From Veleropilina oligotropha (Eukaryota), in contig JBEUKZ010000093.1 in the NCBI GenBank assembly GCA_048128005.1, positions 124,001 through 188,000 on the forward strand: a DNA stretch of 64,000 bases, written 5' to 3'. The stretch's first letter is position 1. Each line of letters starts with the position of its first letter. Made by a program: the position numbers and the translations under genes. This document shows, in pieces, positions 1 through 12,107 of the stretch. The notes under the pieces are model-generated. The model made no database searches. It saw only the letters and a list, made by a program, of their open reading frames with translations, and was not told the DNA's origin.

Positions 1-764
1 TCAATTTCATTATGATTCGTTTCATTCATGTACTGTTTGTTCCACAACCGAGTTTCATTTTGTAAATTAACACCAGCCGGTGGTAACTGACCAAGTGATC
101 TATGGGGTCTGTTGTTATAATTAAACACCATCTCGGCTAGTACGTCGATATACCTGTAAGTGTTGTTTTTCGTAAAGTATCTGTACATCACGTCCTTAAT
201 AGTCCGTATCACTCTTTCGGCGAAATTAGCCTTAACTTCATTCTCAGTTTGAAATTGCTTCACCGAATGTTGGGCGAGAAGTTTTTTAACATCCTCGTTC
301 GCGAATTCTTTCCCTTTATCCGAACGAATCGTCCACGGTTTCCTATTACTACTACCGCTACTTAGCACCTCTCTCAATCCGTTGGCTACGGATGGTCCGC
401 TTTTATTTTTTATCGGTATAACCCATAGGTATCTCGAGAAAATATCTATGACGAAAAGTAAGAATTTGAAGTCGTCGTTGTATTTAGATAAATTAGTGAC
501 GTCGGCTAAATCCATATCCCATTGCGCGTCGATCCCGCTGACGATGACCCTTCTTCTTCTAAACTTGTAGCGCACGGGTCTCTGAAGACTGTACGCTTCC
601 TGGTTTTCCAACCATTGCTTTATCTTTTTCCTCCCGACTTTGAATTCGCCTTCAGCCCTGACGATTCTGTATAATTTGTCGGGTCCTGTGTAGGACGCCG
701 GATGATCGGTGTTAAAGTATATATCGTTTAAATATCGCGCAACACCGTCGTCATCCTCGGTCAT
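1..764 (-). CDS. Polinton/Maverick retroviral-like (rve, DDE) integrase, 3' end outside window
   Basis: Manual translation from ATG at 764: MTEDDDGVARYLNDIYFNTDHPASYTGPDKLY...QWDMDLAD...VIDIFSRYLW...IRSDKGKEF...KANFAERVIRTIK...YNNRPHRSLG. All three D,D,E motifs are present and there is no stop over ~254 codons. It is absent from the ORF track because it runs off the edge. Confidence 0.93.
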   Translation of the reverse strand, partial: MTEDDDGVARYLNDIYFNTDHPASYTGPDKLYRIVRAEGEFKVGRKKIKQWLENQEAYSLQRPVRYKFRRRRVIVSGIDAQWDMDLADVTNLSKYNDDFKFLLFVIDIFSRYLWVIPIKNKSGPSVANGLREVLSSGSSNRKPWTIRSDKGKEFANEDVKKLLAQHSVKQFQTENEVKANFAERVIRTIKDVMYRYFTKNNTYRYIDVLAEMVFNYNNRPHRSLGQLPPAGVNLQNETRLWNKQYMNETNHNEI

Positions 765-1115
765 TACGAATGTGCGTTGTGTTGGATAAAAACCACTGCT
801 ATATCGTCGTCGTTGTTTTCAGTGAATAGACGGCGTATATTCTCGCGGGGATGATTCGATAGTAGTACTCTCGATCGACTCGCTTCCCCGAACACGCGGT
901 GACGGCGCAATTACACGCATATACAGGACGCCCGAAACTTCACGCATCGAGACCGCGCGCGCACCCGCGCCTCGCCACGGCGAGCGACGGGGCGGGGAAG
1001 CGCCGCCCCCTGGGGTTGGTGGTAGAGCCGGCGAACTCGCGATCGCCGCGTTCGAGCCTCGGCGGCGGCGAACGGCGCCGTCTGCGCTCGAGGGGAGAGC
1101 AGACAGCGGGGATGG

Positions 1116-1505
1116 CAGCTTACAGTGGATCACCGCTTATCTCCCTTTCATCGCTCTTCGACAACTTCCGGTTGGGGGTGATAATGCATCGGAGACGTAA
1201 CATCAAGGGAGGGAAGCGTTGACCGCTTACAGTGGATCACCGATTGTCTCCCTTTCATCGCTCTTCGACAAATTCACATAGGGGAGATAATTCGCTTACC
1301 TCCCTTTGAGCACTCTTCGATCACTTCCGGAAGGGGAGATAATCCCATGAGGGACGTTACATCAAGGGAGAGAAGCGATGACACCTTAAAATGCATCTCA
1401 AACCATCTGGGGTTACCTCCCTTCGACCACTAATCGTCAAGTTACGGTAGGGGAGATAACCCAAAGTCACCTTCCGGTGCATACAGGTCGAGTAAGGGAG
1501 ATAAC
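1116..1505. repeat. Subterminal direct repeats of the Polinton end
   Basis: GCTTACAGTGGATCACCG...CTCCCTTTCATCGCTCTTCGACAA occurs twice, ACATCAAGGGAG.GAAGCG twice, and TTATCTCCCT/GGGAGATAA several times. Confidence 0.75.
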
Positions 1506-1689
1506 TTTGCAGATTTTAAGGGCGTTAATCCCCCACTCTACACTACTCGCCCTTGACAAATATCCGCAACCGGACCGGTTCCGACGCCCATGCTGGGGAA
1601 AATGCTCAAGTCACTATGAGTTTATCTGAATTTCTGTTTCCAGCCACAATTCAAATCTGTCTCGCTTTTAATTACCTCGCACTGAGTGA

Positions 1690-1850
1690 CATTTTCAATT
1701 GGTATAGTTGGAGCACAGTTGCGTAGATTTCTGCTCGTCAAGTAAGATAGCTTTCTACTTGACAATAATATATATTGTTCAGTTACAATAATAATGATCA
1801 TATCTTTGCGAAATTTGTATCAATCCGCAAACCGTGCGATAGAGGGTGAT
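1690..1850. repeat. Dispersed repeat with inverted copies at ~25370-25560 and ~53290-53480
   Basis: CTCGTCAAGTAAGATAGCTTTCTACTTGACAATAA...ACCGTGCGATAGAGGG is the reverse complement of the sequence at those positions. Confidence 0.75.
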
Positions 1851-2465
1851 CAGTCATGCTACACAGTTACGGAAATGGCACATTTACAAGCAATAGTTTC
1901 TTTAAGCCATGCTGGAGCGGTGGTTTGAACCCACATCTTACAGTTTCCGATGCTCTAGCAGTTGCACTGTCGACGACAGTTTTACCCAGGGTTTGAAATT
2001 TAAGAAAATAATGTAAAACTCCATTCAGAATGGTTGGTCAGGACATTTACCAATCTGGATATAAATCTGTTAAGAAATATTATGCATATATTTTGTCTCA
2101 ACTGAAAGCGGCGATAAACACCATGTCTTCAGTATTTGATGTTGTGTAGAAATTGAGAATCCACGACGAAATAAGAATTGTCTCTGTGGCACAGTAGGCA
2201 TATTATCTCCCTCATTTCATTTCCTTTACTGCTCTGTTTCAGATTGCTGGTTATGACACTGGACCCACGTTTATGTTCGATCATGTGCGTGCCAAAATAT
2301 TTTCGTCCATTTCACACATGCAGGGTCAATTCATTTTATCATTCAAAGTCGATTGACCCGATTTCATACTGAAAAATTGTTGATGTAGTATTTAAATTAA
2401 GCTTTTCATTCAAATAAGATATTTAATCGAATGCATGTTTGTTGGAAATCGTACACACTTGTTAA

Positions 2466-3394
2466 CCCTTTGAACCCTAGAGGCCGGCTTACCGACCTTT
2501 GCTGCAACTCACATACACCCGACAGGCTGGCCACCACATTTTGTTGGCAATAGATGATTTCTGTCCAATCAACAACCATGTTACTCATGGTGTTTGGTTC
2601 TAATTATCTCCTGAAGTAGTTTGATGGGTATTTATTTTCGTCTACTAGGTACTAGTATGTGTGAAATATATATCAAAGCGTATACAGTGGGAGAGGTGTT
2701 AACGCAAGTGATGGGTTCAGATGAATAAACTATGTACGATACTAATTACGGCAATTACCGTGACAGAAATACAGTGTCCAGCCTATACATGTGGCGGCTA
2801 GTGAACCCACTGATATACCAAATGTTATTGGGTGTGTGTGCGTGATTGGGTTCCGGGACGTGGTCGCAATAGAGTCGGGGGGGGGGGGGGGATAGGGGAA
2901 GACCGGTAACCTCCAGAACCAGGGACGCTACAGGTTTCAATGAGCGCCAATAATTTGACCAAAAGAACAGCCAGAATATAAAATATTTGGTAACCGGATC
3001 GATAATATGGAAAATACTCCACTCGAAGATATTAGTTTATTGCAGGACAAAGTCAATATACTGGTGTGTGCTATGTGAAAGTTAAATATTGGAGATAACT
3101 TCGGCAAACATTTAGTAATCAATTACAATTGACCAAATATAAGTTTCTGGATGCCATATAATCTAATACTTATAAATGTAAACTCTCTGTAACTCGACTG
3201 GCGGGATTATCTTCCCATGTCATATATAACGCCAACGAACCATGCCTCTACGTTTTAGTGCGAATTATGTGTTGGCAAATACTTGCAAATATATTGGTGG
3301 GGTCAAAAACTACGAATATTCAATGTTTCATGTTTTTCGTCAGGGAAACCAGGGTGAGTCAGCTGAATTTATAGGGGGCTCAGGGTTCAAAGGG
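2466..3394. mobile_element. Non-autonomous piggyBac-type element (MITE)
   Basis: TTAA|CCCTTTGAACCCT ... AGGGTTCAAAGGG|TTAA: 13-bp TIR with CCC/GGG ends and a TTAA target duplication. Confidence 0.8.
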
Positions 3395-3701
3395 TTAAGT
3401 TTCTTTACCTGAATTCTAAGCCCTGTTTCTGTCTGAAAATTTACATTTCCTTTTTTCAGACATCTGATATCATACTTGGTCATGCCATATTATCATGGAA
3501 TGTATTTATCAGGTAAAGCTCATTATAATTCACCTGTTATAAACTACCTTGATTGATACATTCAAAGTAAACCAATAAAATTAATCATTTAAAAACCATG
3601 CGGTACAGCTAAAAACAAACAATCATGATATTTACTGTTAACTTCCCGCTATATTTGACCTAGTTTTCTGTTAAAACTTATAAAAACAATCATCATGAAG
3701 G

Positions 3702-3959
3702 GGAGGGAGGAATGATGCTTAATGTCCTGTATATTTACAACATCGAGGTTCAAGGCAGGACATGTCCGTGTTATCGCGGGAGGAAACCCCGGTCGCCCGG
3801 GTAAACCCGCCCTCTTCGGCCAGTCACGGACAACTGTGATTCATAACTTGAACAAATTTCAATGCCTCATCCAGGTATTGAACCCACTACTGTTCGCATT
3901 AGCGGAATCAAGGCAGTGAAGTTAGAGTGGACACTACCCACTGCGCTGCCGAAGCGGCC
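3702..3959 (-). mobile_element. tRNA-derived SINE family 1 (V-domain-like core), full length
   Basis: Minus strand has A-box GCAGCGCAGTGG, B-box GGGTTCAATACC, core GGGTTTACCCGGGCGACCGGGGTTTCCTCCC and a CT-rich tail. TSD TCATCATGAAGG lies at 3690-3701 and 3960-3971. Many copies occur in the window. Confidence 0.85.
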
Positions 3960-5212
3960 TCATCATGAAGGCCGTCAAACAGTATCAAATGTAAGAACTA
4001 CTTTATCTCATGCGGATGCATATGTCAACAACACCAGCTCTACTCATAGCATCACTGCCAATGTCATGGGGTATTATTCAATTTGGAAGACAAAAAGAAC
4101 CACTGTCCATCCGATGGGGCACATCGCTAGAATACTGAACACTCTACATTCTATATAGTCCAGCAATACAAGGGTCACACTTGTTTGTTGACAGAAAAAT
4201 AGGTATCTCAATCTGGGTGTCAGCTGGCTTTCCATTGTTTTGTTCAAATATGTGATTTTTAACCTATGATTGTAAAACAACTCGTAATAACTAGGGACAG
4301 TTGGTCACCCACTGGTAATGAATAAGAGCATGGCTCTCAATTCATTCACATGACTGTTCTGATTCAAGAGAGTGCATTCAAATACTTACTCGGCTGGGCA
4401 CTTTGTTCTGGACATTAACATAATAGTATCCGTAACGGTTCGGTGCGAGCGAGTTTTTACTGGTGATTGGACTTCCAGTGATAATGTGGCATGTCCCGAT
4501 ATTATCCGGACGAGTGTTAAAATGATAAATTAAGCATAGATCCAATTCTATGGACATATGCAGATTATCATTAGATCGTGTGCACAACATAACAACGGCA
4601 AGAATACCAATGACCAAGTAGTAACGACCGAGAACCTGATGGTGTAAAAGATTTAAGAATATAAACAAATATTTATTTATACAATTTTACTATTGCTGAT
4701 AACTGTAGTCTGCTATAACTGACACACTCTTGAAGTCTATGCACAAACACTTCTTCTTGATACGTAATTACAATAGCGTCCAATCGTGTCGGGTCTCCTT
4801 GTACGCATAATATTATATAAGAATTGATATCTTTCATCAAGCAGCTTCCTGTACCGTTTGTTCTTTTCGATGCTTCTGTATATATGGTGGCTGTATTCTT
4901 AGATTTTCCATCATCATCATCATCTCATAATAAACTTTCGACTTGTCCCTAGGTAGAATGGTTACGTGTATAGATGACTTCAGCGCTAGCCGTATCCTTT
5001 GATATGCTTGATGGCCATTCTCCCAAGTCTAAACGACTACAAAAAAATAGCTTAAATTAACAACGGCTTAAATATATCCTTTCATAGCATTTTTATCCTG
5101 GCAAATCCATCATTCATGTCATTGCGTTATATGGTACAATGTGCTGTACTACAGAGTGTTTTTGTTTTTGCTCCCATCAGTTCAACTTCATGACTAGATA
5201 CATTTTTGACAC

Positions 5213-5408
5213 GGGGGCAGCGTGGCCGAGTGCATTCGGTGCTGGTCTACTAAACAGGAGGTCACGGTTCAAGTCCCGGGAGTTTTCCAATGATCGCTGC
5301 CTCCATTGCACACAGCACCACTTCATTTCCTCAATCGAAGTTGATTGACCCGATTTATAACTGAAATACTGTTGGCGTGGTCGTTAAAGATCAATTCATC
5401 ATCATCAC
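5213..5408 (+). mobile_element. tRNA-derived SINE family 2
   Basis: A-box TGGCCGAGTG, B-box GGTTCAAGTCCC, and a 3' end GTCGTTAAAGATCAAT(TCA)n. A degenerate sister copy lies at ~2230-2400. Confidence 0.7.
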
Positions 5409-5523
5409 GTTCATAACATAGGAAAGTGGAGGGTTCATACTATCATAGTAGTCTCCCTTGTTATGATGGTAACGCAGATGATAAAACATAATGTCGATCG
5501 CTAGATTGCGGCAGCTCATGTAA

Positions 5524-5661
5524 AATAGGGTTGATCGCAATTGACGTCACACATTCGGACAAATACAGGCAGACTTCATTGCATTTGACCATTGTTTGTC
5601 CGATTTCTACCTGCGGACAGTCTATTTATATCATTTTACTGCAATTGCGATCAACCCTATT
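5524..5661. mobile_element. Short MITE
   Basis: 20-bp perfect TIR AATAGGGTTGATCGCAATTG / CAATTGCGATCAACCCTATT. Confidence 0.7.
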
Positions 5662-6330
5662 ATACAGTATTGCTTGAAGACATAAATCTTATTTGCCAAA
5701 TATGTTACTTTAGTATGTGTCAATTGTGTTTTAGTTTATTATTCAACAGATAACAGCGGTCAGAATAAATTAAAATTGGGTCGAAATGTGTATACTGTAT
5801 AATGTATTATGCCTATAGGCCTATCAACGAAATACGGTTATAAATGCATGTCTCTGTGCTTCAATGTTTGCAATGCACTCATAGACTATATTTAACAAAT
5901 GTACCTATCTTTGTATATTCTGTCGTTGGAACAGCTGACATGGTTTCTACTCGGCACAGCGCGACTTGACAAACAGGCATGAAAACCGGAAAAACGAGTG
6001 AACGTAATCCTTCCCATAATGACCCGCGCGACGTTCGATTGCGGCCATTACCGAAAAGGTCCATAGGGCGTACGGTCGCTAGGGCGCAGTCAACCTACAA
6101 AATATTGAAAATAGTTTTCGGTCAATAGGGCGTACAATAAAGTTACTCTTGTTTATCACTTACTTGTTTTCCATTCGAAAATATGCCATGTGTACTGTTC
6201 CGTTTTGTCAAATAATCAACAAAAAACAACAAACCGTTGATGGTAGGGATTAAATCGACGGTAGGCGGCGCAGCGGCGCTAGTGACTCATAAGTTTCTGC
6301 TTGTTTATTTGGACCTTTTCAGAGTTTTCA

Positions 6331-7457
6331 TTTTTATCCCCCGCCCGAATTGTTGCAATGTCCGTCCGGCTGGGCGTCCTTCCGTACGTCCGTAAACAAT
6401 TTGGTTAAAGTTTCGAATTGAGTGTATATAGCTTGTGATACTTTTTGGCATATATATGCTTTTGTAGGCGTTCTATGGATGACACCTGGTACTCTGGAAG
6501 TGAGATTGAATAAAATTTAATATAATTATTGCATAAATATATAGGTGTTTTGGACATAGAAATTTTGGTTAAAGTTTCTGGTTAAAGTTTTTCATTGAGT
6601 GTATATGGGTTGTTGAAACAACATTCTGATGTATATATGCTTCGGTATTGATAATATGAATGTCAGCTGATACTATGGAAGTGATGCTGAATTAAATTTA
6701 ATATAATTGTTGCATAAAAATAGGTGTTTGTGGACATAGAACTTTTGGTTAAAGTTTTGTTTAAATTTTTCAATGGGCATATATATTGGTTGTTCTAGGC
6801 ACTGTTTTGCATCCATATACTTTAGTGTTGACTATATTGATGCTGTTCCATCATCTGCAAGTGATTTATAATATAAATAACATGTGAAATTAGTGTTTGT
6901 GGACATATACATTTTTGTTAAAGTTGAGTGAATTTCTGTTCTGTGCCATTATTGTATACATATTCTTTGGTGATGCTTATATTGATACCACCTTTTATTC
7001 TAGCAATGACATTGAATATTATTTTGTATAAATATTGAAGAAACCTAACGTGTTTGTGGTCATAGAAATTTTGGTTAAAGTTTTGTTTAAATTTTTCAGT
7101 GGGCATATTGGTTGTTCTAGGCACTGTTATGCATCCATATACTTTAGTGTTGACGATATTGATGCTGCTCCCTCATCTGCAAGTGATTTATAATATAAAT
7201 AACGTGAAATTAGTGTTTGTAGACATATACATTTTTGTTAAAGTTGACTGAATTTCTGTTCTGTGCCATTATTGCATACATATTCTTTGGTGATGCTTAT
7301 ATTGATACCACCTTTTATCCTAGCAATGACATTGAATATTATTTTGTATAAATATTGAAGAAACTTGATGTGTTAGGACATAGAAATTTTGGTTGAAGTT
7401 TATATCAGAGTGATTGCGGAAGGCGGGGGATGAATCCGTTTTCTAACGGACTCTTGT
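6331..7457 (+). mobile_element. HINE/DINE-1-like non-autonomous Helentron element with internal tandem repeats
   Basis: 5' TTTTTATCCCCCGCC is paired with subterminal GGCGGGGGAT. It has a (GTCC)-like microsatellite, an internal array containing TTTTGGTTAAAGTT units, and a terminal hairpin TCCGTT..AACGGA followed by CTTGT. Confidence 0.7.
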
Positions 7458-7704
7458 ATGCTTAGATTACTTCATCACGGGCAGTCACGCGTGATCTTTG
7501 GAGTTTGCATGAGAAGAAGAAGTGGTTGTTAAAGGTTGAAGTCATTGCTGATATGCGTTTGTACCTAAAGTCTTTGTTGTTAGTTGTGCGAGTCTGATTA
7601 TCAGCATGTATGTCTTGACTTCCCTCATTTATATGATTGCAATGGAAAGAAAACAATAAAAGGGGTATTGTGTGTATTTAATTATCACCTATTCAAAATG
7701 CACC

Positions 7705-8105
7705 ATATAAAGTATTTCATCTTGCAAAGGATATCGATATTCTAGAACAAGTTCAAAGAAGAGCCACAAAATTTATAGGAGAATTGAGGAAATTACCATA
7801 CAACGACAGACTAAGAGCACTGAACCTTATTATCTTTGAGAAGGATAAGAGGTGATATGATTCAGGTGTTTAAAATGTTTACAGGAAAAGACAACGCTGA
7901 CAATAGTTTCTTTTTTCAGATGGATCAAAGGCATACCAGGGGGCATTCTTTCAAGATTTACAAAAATGATTCCGACTAAACGTTAGAAAACACTTTTTCT
8001 CAAATCGGGTTGTCGATGAATGGAATGCTCTTCCTAATAATGTAGTGGAATCTACATCTTTAAACCAATTTAAAAATCGCCTAGCTGAGCATTTTAAGAA
8101 GCAGG
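7705..8105 (+). mobile_element. CR1/L2-group LINE 3' fragment (degenerate ORF2 C-terminus)
   Basis: Translates as LEQVQRRATKFIGELRKLPYNDRLRALNL...RGDMIQVFK...TRGHS...FFSNRVVDEWNALPNNVVES. The paralogous site at ~25920 lacks it. Confidence 0.85.
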
Positions 8106-8659
8106 GCTGGTTATCACGCTTTCTAAACTCAAACAAGTTCTATTTAATCCAATTATAAGATAATTGCTTCAATCATAAGCATAATGTGAACTACTCAATA
8201 TTTATTACTATATCTTACATTTTATTTATGGATGTGATAATTTGTAAACAAGCACAACTTTATACAAATAATGATTACCGGTACTAGTCATACAAAAAGT
8301 GTCAGATTGAATGGCGTTAAATTCTGTCTTACAGTTATCATGATTCAGGGTCAGCATCTTCAAAGTGATGTGTTGTTTGTCGATTATCTATTTGGTTATA
8401 TTCAACATCAGATGCAATATTTTTTGCTAAACCGTGTGTTTCTGACCACATTCTTTCATACTCTTATTAACATGCGTCAAGATTGACGTACATTACATAG
8501 TGATACCCTTGTATACTTTTGAAGATTGTACCCATGAACGTAGAAATTAGAATACATTTGCATATTAAACATGTTTCTTATGTAGAAATACGCACATTGA
8601 TAATAATATAACTGAATATTGAATGATATATAATATTGCAATATATCTTTGACTGGAGT

Positions 8660-8860
8660 GTGGCCGCTTCAACAACTGTGTGGTATCGGTTGTGGACTCC
8701 AAAAAATCACCGGCTTGATTCTGCTGACGCGAAAAGTAGTGGGTTAAAACCTCGACTGGGGGCAGCAAACATTTCTTCAAATTATGAACTAGTAGATGTC
8801 CGTAACTGGTCGGAGAGGGCGGGTTTCCCCGGGCAACCAGCCTTACCTCCCACGATAATA
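8660..8860 (+). mobile_element. SINE family 1, degenerate and 3'-truncated
   Basis: Homologous to 26608-26873. Confidence 0.7.
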
Positions 8861-9529
8861 ATATTTAAATGTTAATTCCGAACCAATTATCCTACCCAAT
8901 TACGATATGCTTATAATAATAGTTAATTTAATTTGAATCGGTAAAGATTTGCAACCAGATTTCAATTATTTTTCAGTCATATATATGCCTGTAACCGGAA
9001 CCACTGTTTATTTAACCCATTGAACTATGGTAGCATTGGTAGGCGGTATACCAGCCTATTTATTTCTCATATACTAGTACCCTGATAGCCTGTATACCGG
9101 ATTTTTAGGAAATAAACAACATTATGAATGCAGATAGTGAAATTACAGAGCGTGAATCAGATTAAGTAGCGAAATGATTAGTGATTCAGAGCGAAATAAT
9201 GAAGTAAGGGAGATAATTGAAGGTGGTGGTGCGATGGAGTTTTTATCCCGCATTTACATCACCCACGTCATCGGCGTTTTAGCAGGTCATTTCCTACAAG
9301 GACCACCTTTGTCAAATTTAGGTGTGCACAAACAGTGTTGATGCAAAAAGTATTTCTCATACAACTGTGATATATTATAGAATACATTGTTCATGGTCCT
9401 AAAGGATGATATTATAAGTCATTTTACTTACATTTAGAATTTTTGTGGAAACGTTTTTGACGTTTCGACCATTATCGAATGGCCTTGGTCATGTGATGGT
9501 CATTCTTGCTAGAACTGCTGCCCAGGAAG

Positions 9530-10276
9530 CGTGTATAAAAAACAGCAAAGAGTTGGTAACCAAGTTATCATACCTTGTAGTTCCACCAGGACAAACCCGC
9601 ATTTCCTACGATGTAAGTGCCCTATTTACCAGCGTCCCTATTGACAAGGCAATCCACGTGGTTCGTAACAGACTACATCTAGACGCTACACTTCCGCAAC
9701 GCTGTAAACTCAGCATCGACCAAGTGTTAGACCTTCTCACGCTAGGTCTATGTACAACATATTTTGTATATGATGGCAGATACTACCAACAAACACATGG
9801 AGCCGCTATGGTTTCACCTGTCTCCCCCATTGTGTGCAGCCTCTACATGGAAGATTTTGAGGAAAATAGCACTGTCAACAGCTCCATACAAACCGTCACT
9901 TTGGCTTCGTTACGTTGATGACACGTTTGTCAAAATCCACCAGTATGATGTGGACAATTTCACAGAACACATTAACAGTATAGACCCCCACACCAAGTTC
10001 ACCAGCGAACTCCAGGAAGATGGAAAACTACCGTTCCTCGACCTGTGTATACATGTTTTGGATGATGGCAGCACTAAAATAACTGTGTATCGTAAACCAA
10101 CACACACAGATCAATACCTCAACTTTGCATCCCACCACCCACTAGAACAAAAACGTTCGGTGGTACGTACACTCACAAACAGAGCAACGGATTTCGTCAC
10201 AACACCAGAGGACCAGCAGAAAGAGCTTCACCACGTAGCGGGGGCACTAGCATCCAATGGCTACATACCCTGGTAG
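9530..10276 (+). pseudogene. Penelope-like element reverse transcriptase fragment (frameshifted)
   Basis: [39 protein letters not shown] and [19 protein letters not shown] motifs are split over two frames. Confidence 0.9.
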
Positions 10277-12107
10277 CTTCATATGGTATCATATTTTAAT
10301 TGCCAAAATTATGCACTTTATCAATGCACATATGAATTTTTACCATGCCATTAAATTTGTTTACGTGTTTTACTCAAGTTAATTATAAGAAGTCTGTGAA
10401 TTTTGGAAGTAGATTTTATTTAAAATAATTTTCATTATTTTATGAATGATTGCTTTTTCAGGAAATATAATTAAAAAGACTTACAGTCTATTACTTTATT
10501 TGTGAAAACAAATAGTTTTTGTTACGTGAGGTACAAAACTTTGTTACGTGTGTTACGCATCTGAATTGTTGCTAAATGTAAAACTACTACTAAATGCATC
10601 TTGTAAATATATTGTTTATATTTTAGTGTTTTATTGTAATACTAGTAATTTTTGCACATTGATTAATCTTTTAAATGCATCACAGGCCTACTTCAAATAA
10701 ACCAATTAACCACAGATAATGATTATATAATTACATTCATTAACTCAGAGTCTCCCCTTAATGATATCACTTTGGCATAATATATTGTGCAACGCTGCCG
10801 ATGGGATTCACCGTGTTGGACTGGTACTTGCATCAAAATGGCAGAAAACTGATAATTAATCATGATAGTTCAAAAGATGTAAAGTGACGGTTCTATAAAG
10901 TGATTTTGCTAGTGCTTGTTGTTATGAATATCAAAAATGAAGAGCCGTCTCTGTGCTCTCTGGTCTAGACAAAGGGTCAATCTCTTCACACTGCTTCTTT
11001 ACCCTTATCCTGGCTAACTGGTACAGTAAGATAGATTTACAGGGGTCAATTCTAAAAAACAAAACTGCTGTGAAGAGAATGACACTTTGCCTAGACCAGA
11101 GCGCACTGAGACTGCTCTTCATTTTGATATTCACAACTATAAGTAATATACATCGAGTAATATACTTGTAGGTTTCATGATTGATAAATGAAAACAAAAG
11201 CTGTGCTATTTTCCCTTTTCACATTAGGCAACCTAATAAAGGTAGTGGATTTAGTAACAGCGGGCCTCCCGATTCACACGCTAGTACGATCTAACTCCTG
11301 GAAGTAGGTTCAAATACTTGATAATACATGGTCACATATATTAACTATGACTTGTCCCGTTATCGTCCTCAAGGTTGTTTAATTAACATGAAACATCAAG
11401 CATGGCTCAAACCAAGTCTTTCAAAAACATAATCATGAACTTTGTATAGAACAAATTATCTTGCTTGTCCATGTCACGTCTTATTGTTAATGTAAATGTT
11501 GATTCTGTAAATTATTCTAAAAGACTGTATTATGTAAATTACTAATCCATATCAAACCTAGGTGTTAGTAACCAGAAACACTTAAAATACTGAGTATGAT
11601 GCCTGTCTATTAATTTTCAGGAGTCTTGGACACGGACCAAACTCTGAATGCAACGCCAAGCCGCTGAGTCGATGAAGAATACACCAACAATCTCCTAAAT
11701 TTCATCAGCGGTGTCGGTGATGTAATCGCGAATCCTGCTCCAAAGAAAAGATTTACAGTGCAACGTGCAGAAATATTTAGTTATTACTGTGCAAGTGAGA
11801 AGAAATAACTTTTTGACGTTATTTAGTTAAATGCATTCATTTCTGTTGGCATGCTTGGCCCCACATTTGAAGAAAAACTGAACATGATAATCTACACATG
11901 AGGGAATACTCATCTTTACTGTGTTTGCGAAAAATCAGCCTTCTAACGCTCCACACGAGGGAGAAATAGAAATCTCATCCTTGCAGTGAGCCCTGCAAGT
12001 CGTCTTCAAATTGTCATTATCTATAGTAACATGCTGCAATCCATACAGGAGGGAAAAATGTTCCTGTAATTTATGTGACAGGTGATTTAACAAGGCCAGT
12101 CATCTCT

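Larger units (their letters stand above)
1..1547 (-). mobile_element. Terminal part of a Polinton/Maverick element (continues left of window)
   Basis: Contains a Polinton-type rve integrase and a GC-rich subterminal region with repeats. The minus-strand terminus reads 5'-AGTAGTGTAG (1547 leftwards), matching the AG-initiated short-microsatellite termini of Polintons. Candidate 6-bp TSD is CGCCCT at 1548-1553. Confidence 0.85.

Noticed and set aside
819..1222. GC-rich ORFs 819-1133 (-) and 899-1222 (+)
   Set aside because: Low-complexity translations of the Polinton subterminal region with no domain.
3460..3512. Possible small exon (TTTTTTCAG...CAG|GTAAAG)
   Set aside because: Splice signals only, with no partner exons or homology to the paralogous upstream regions.
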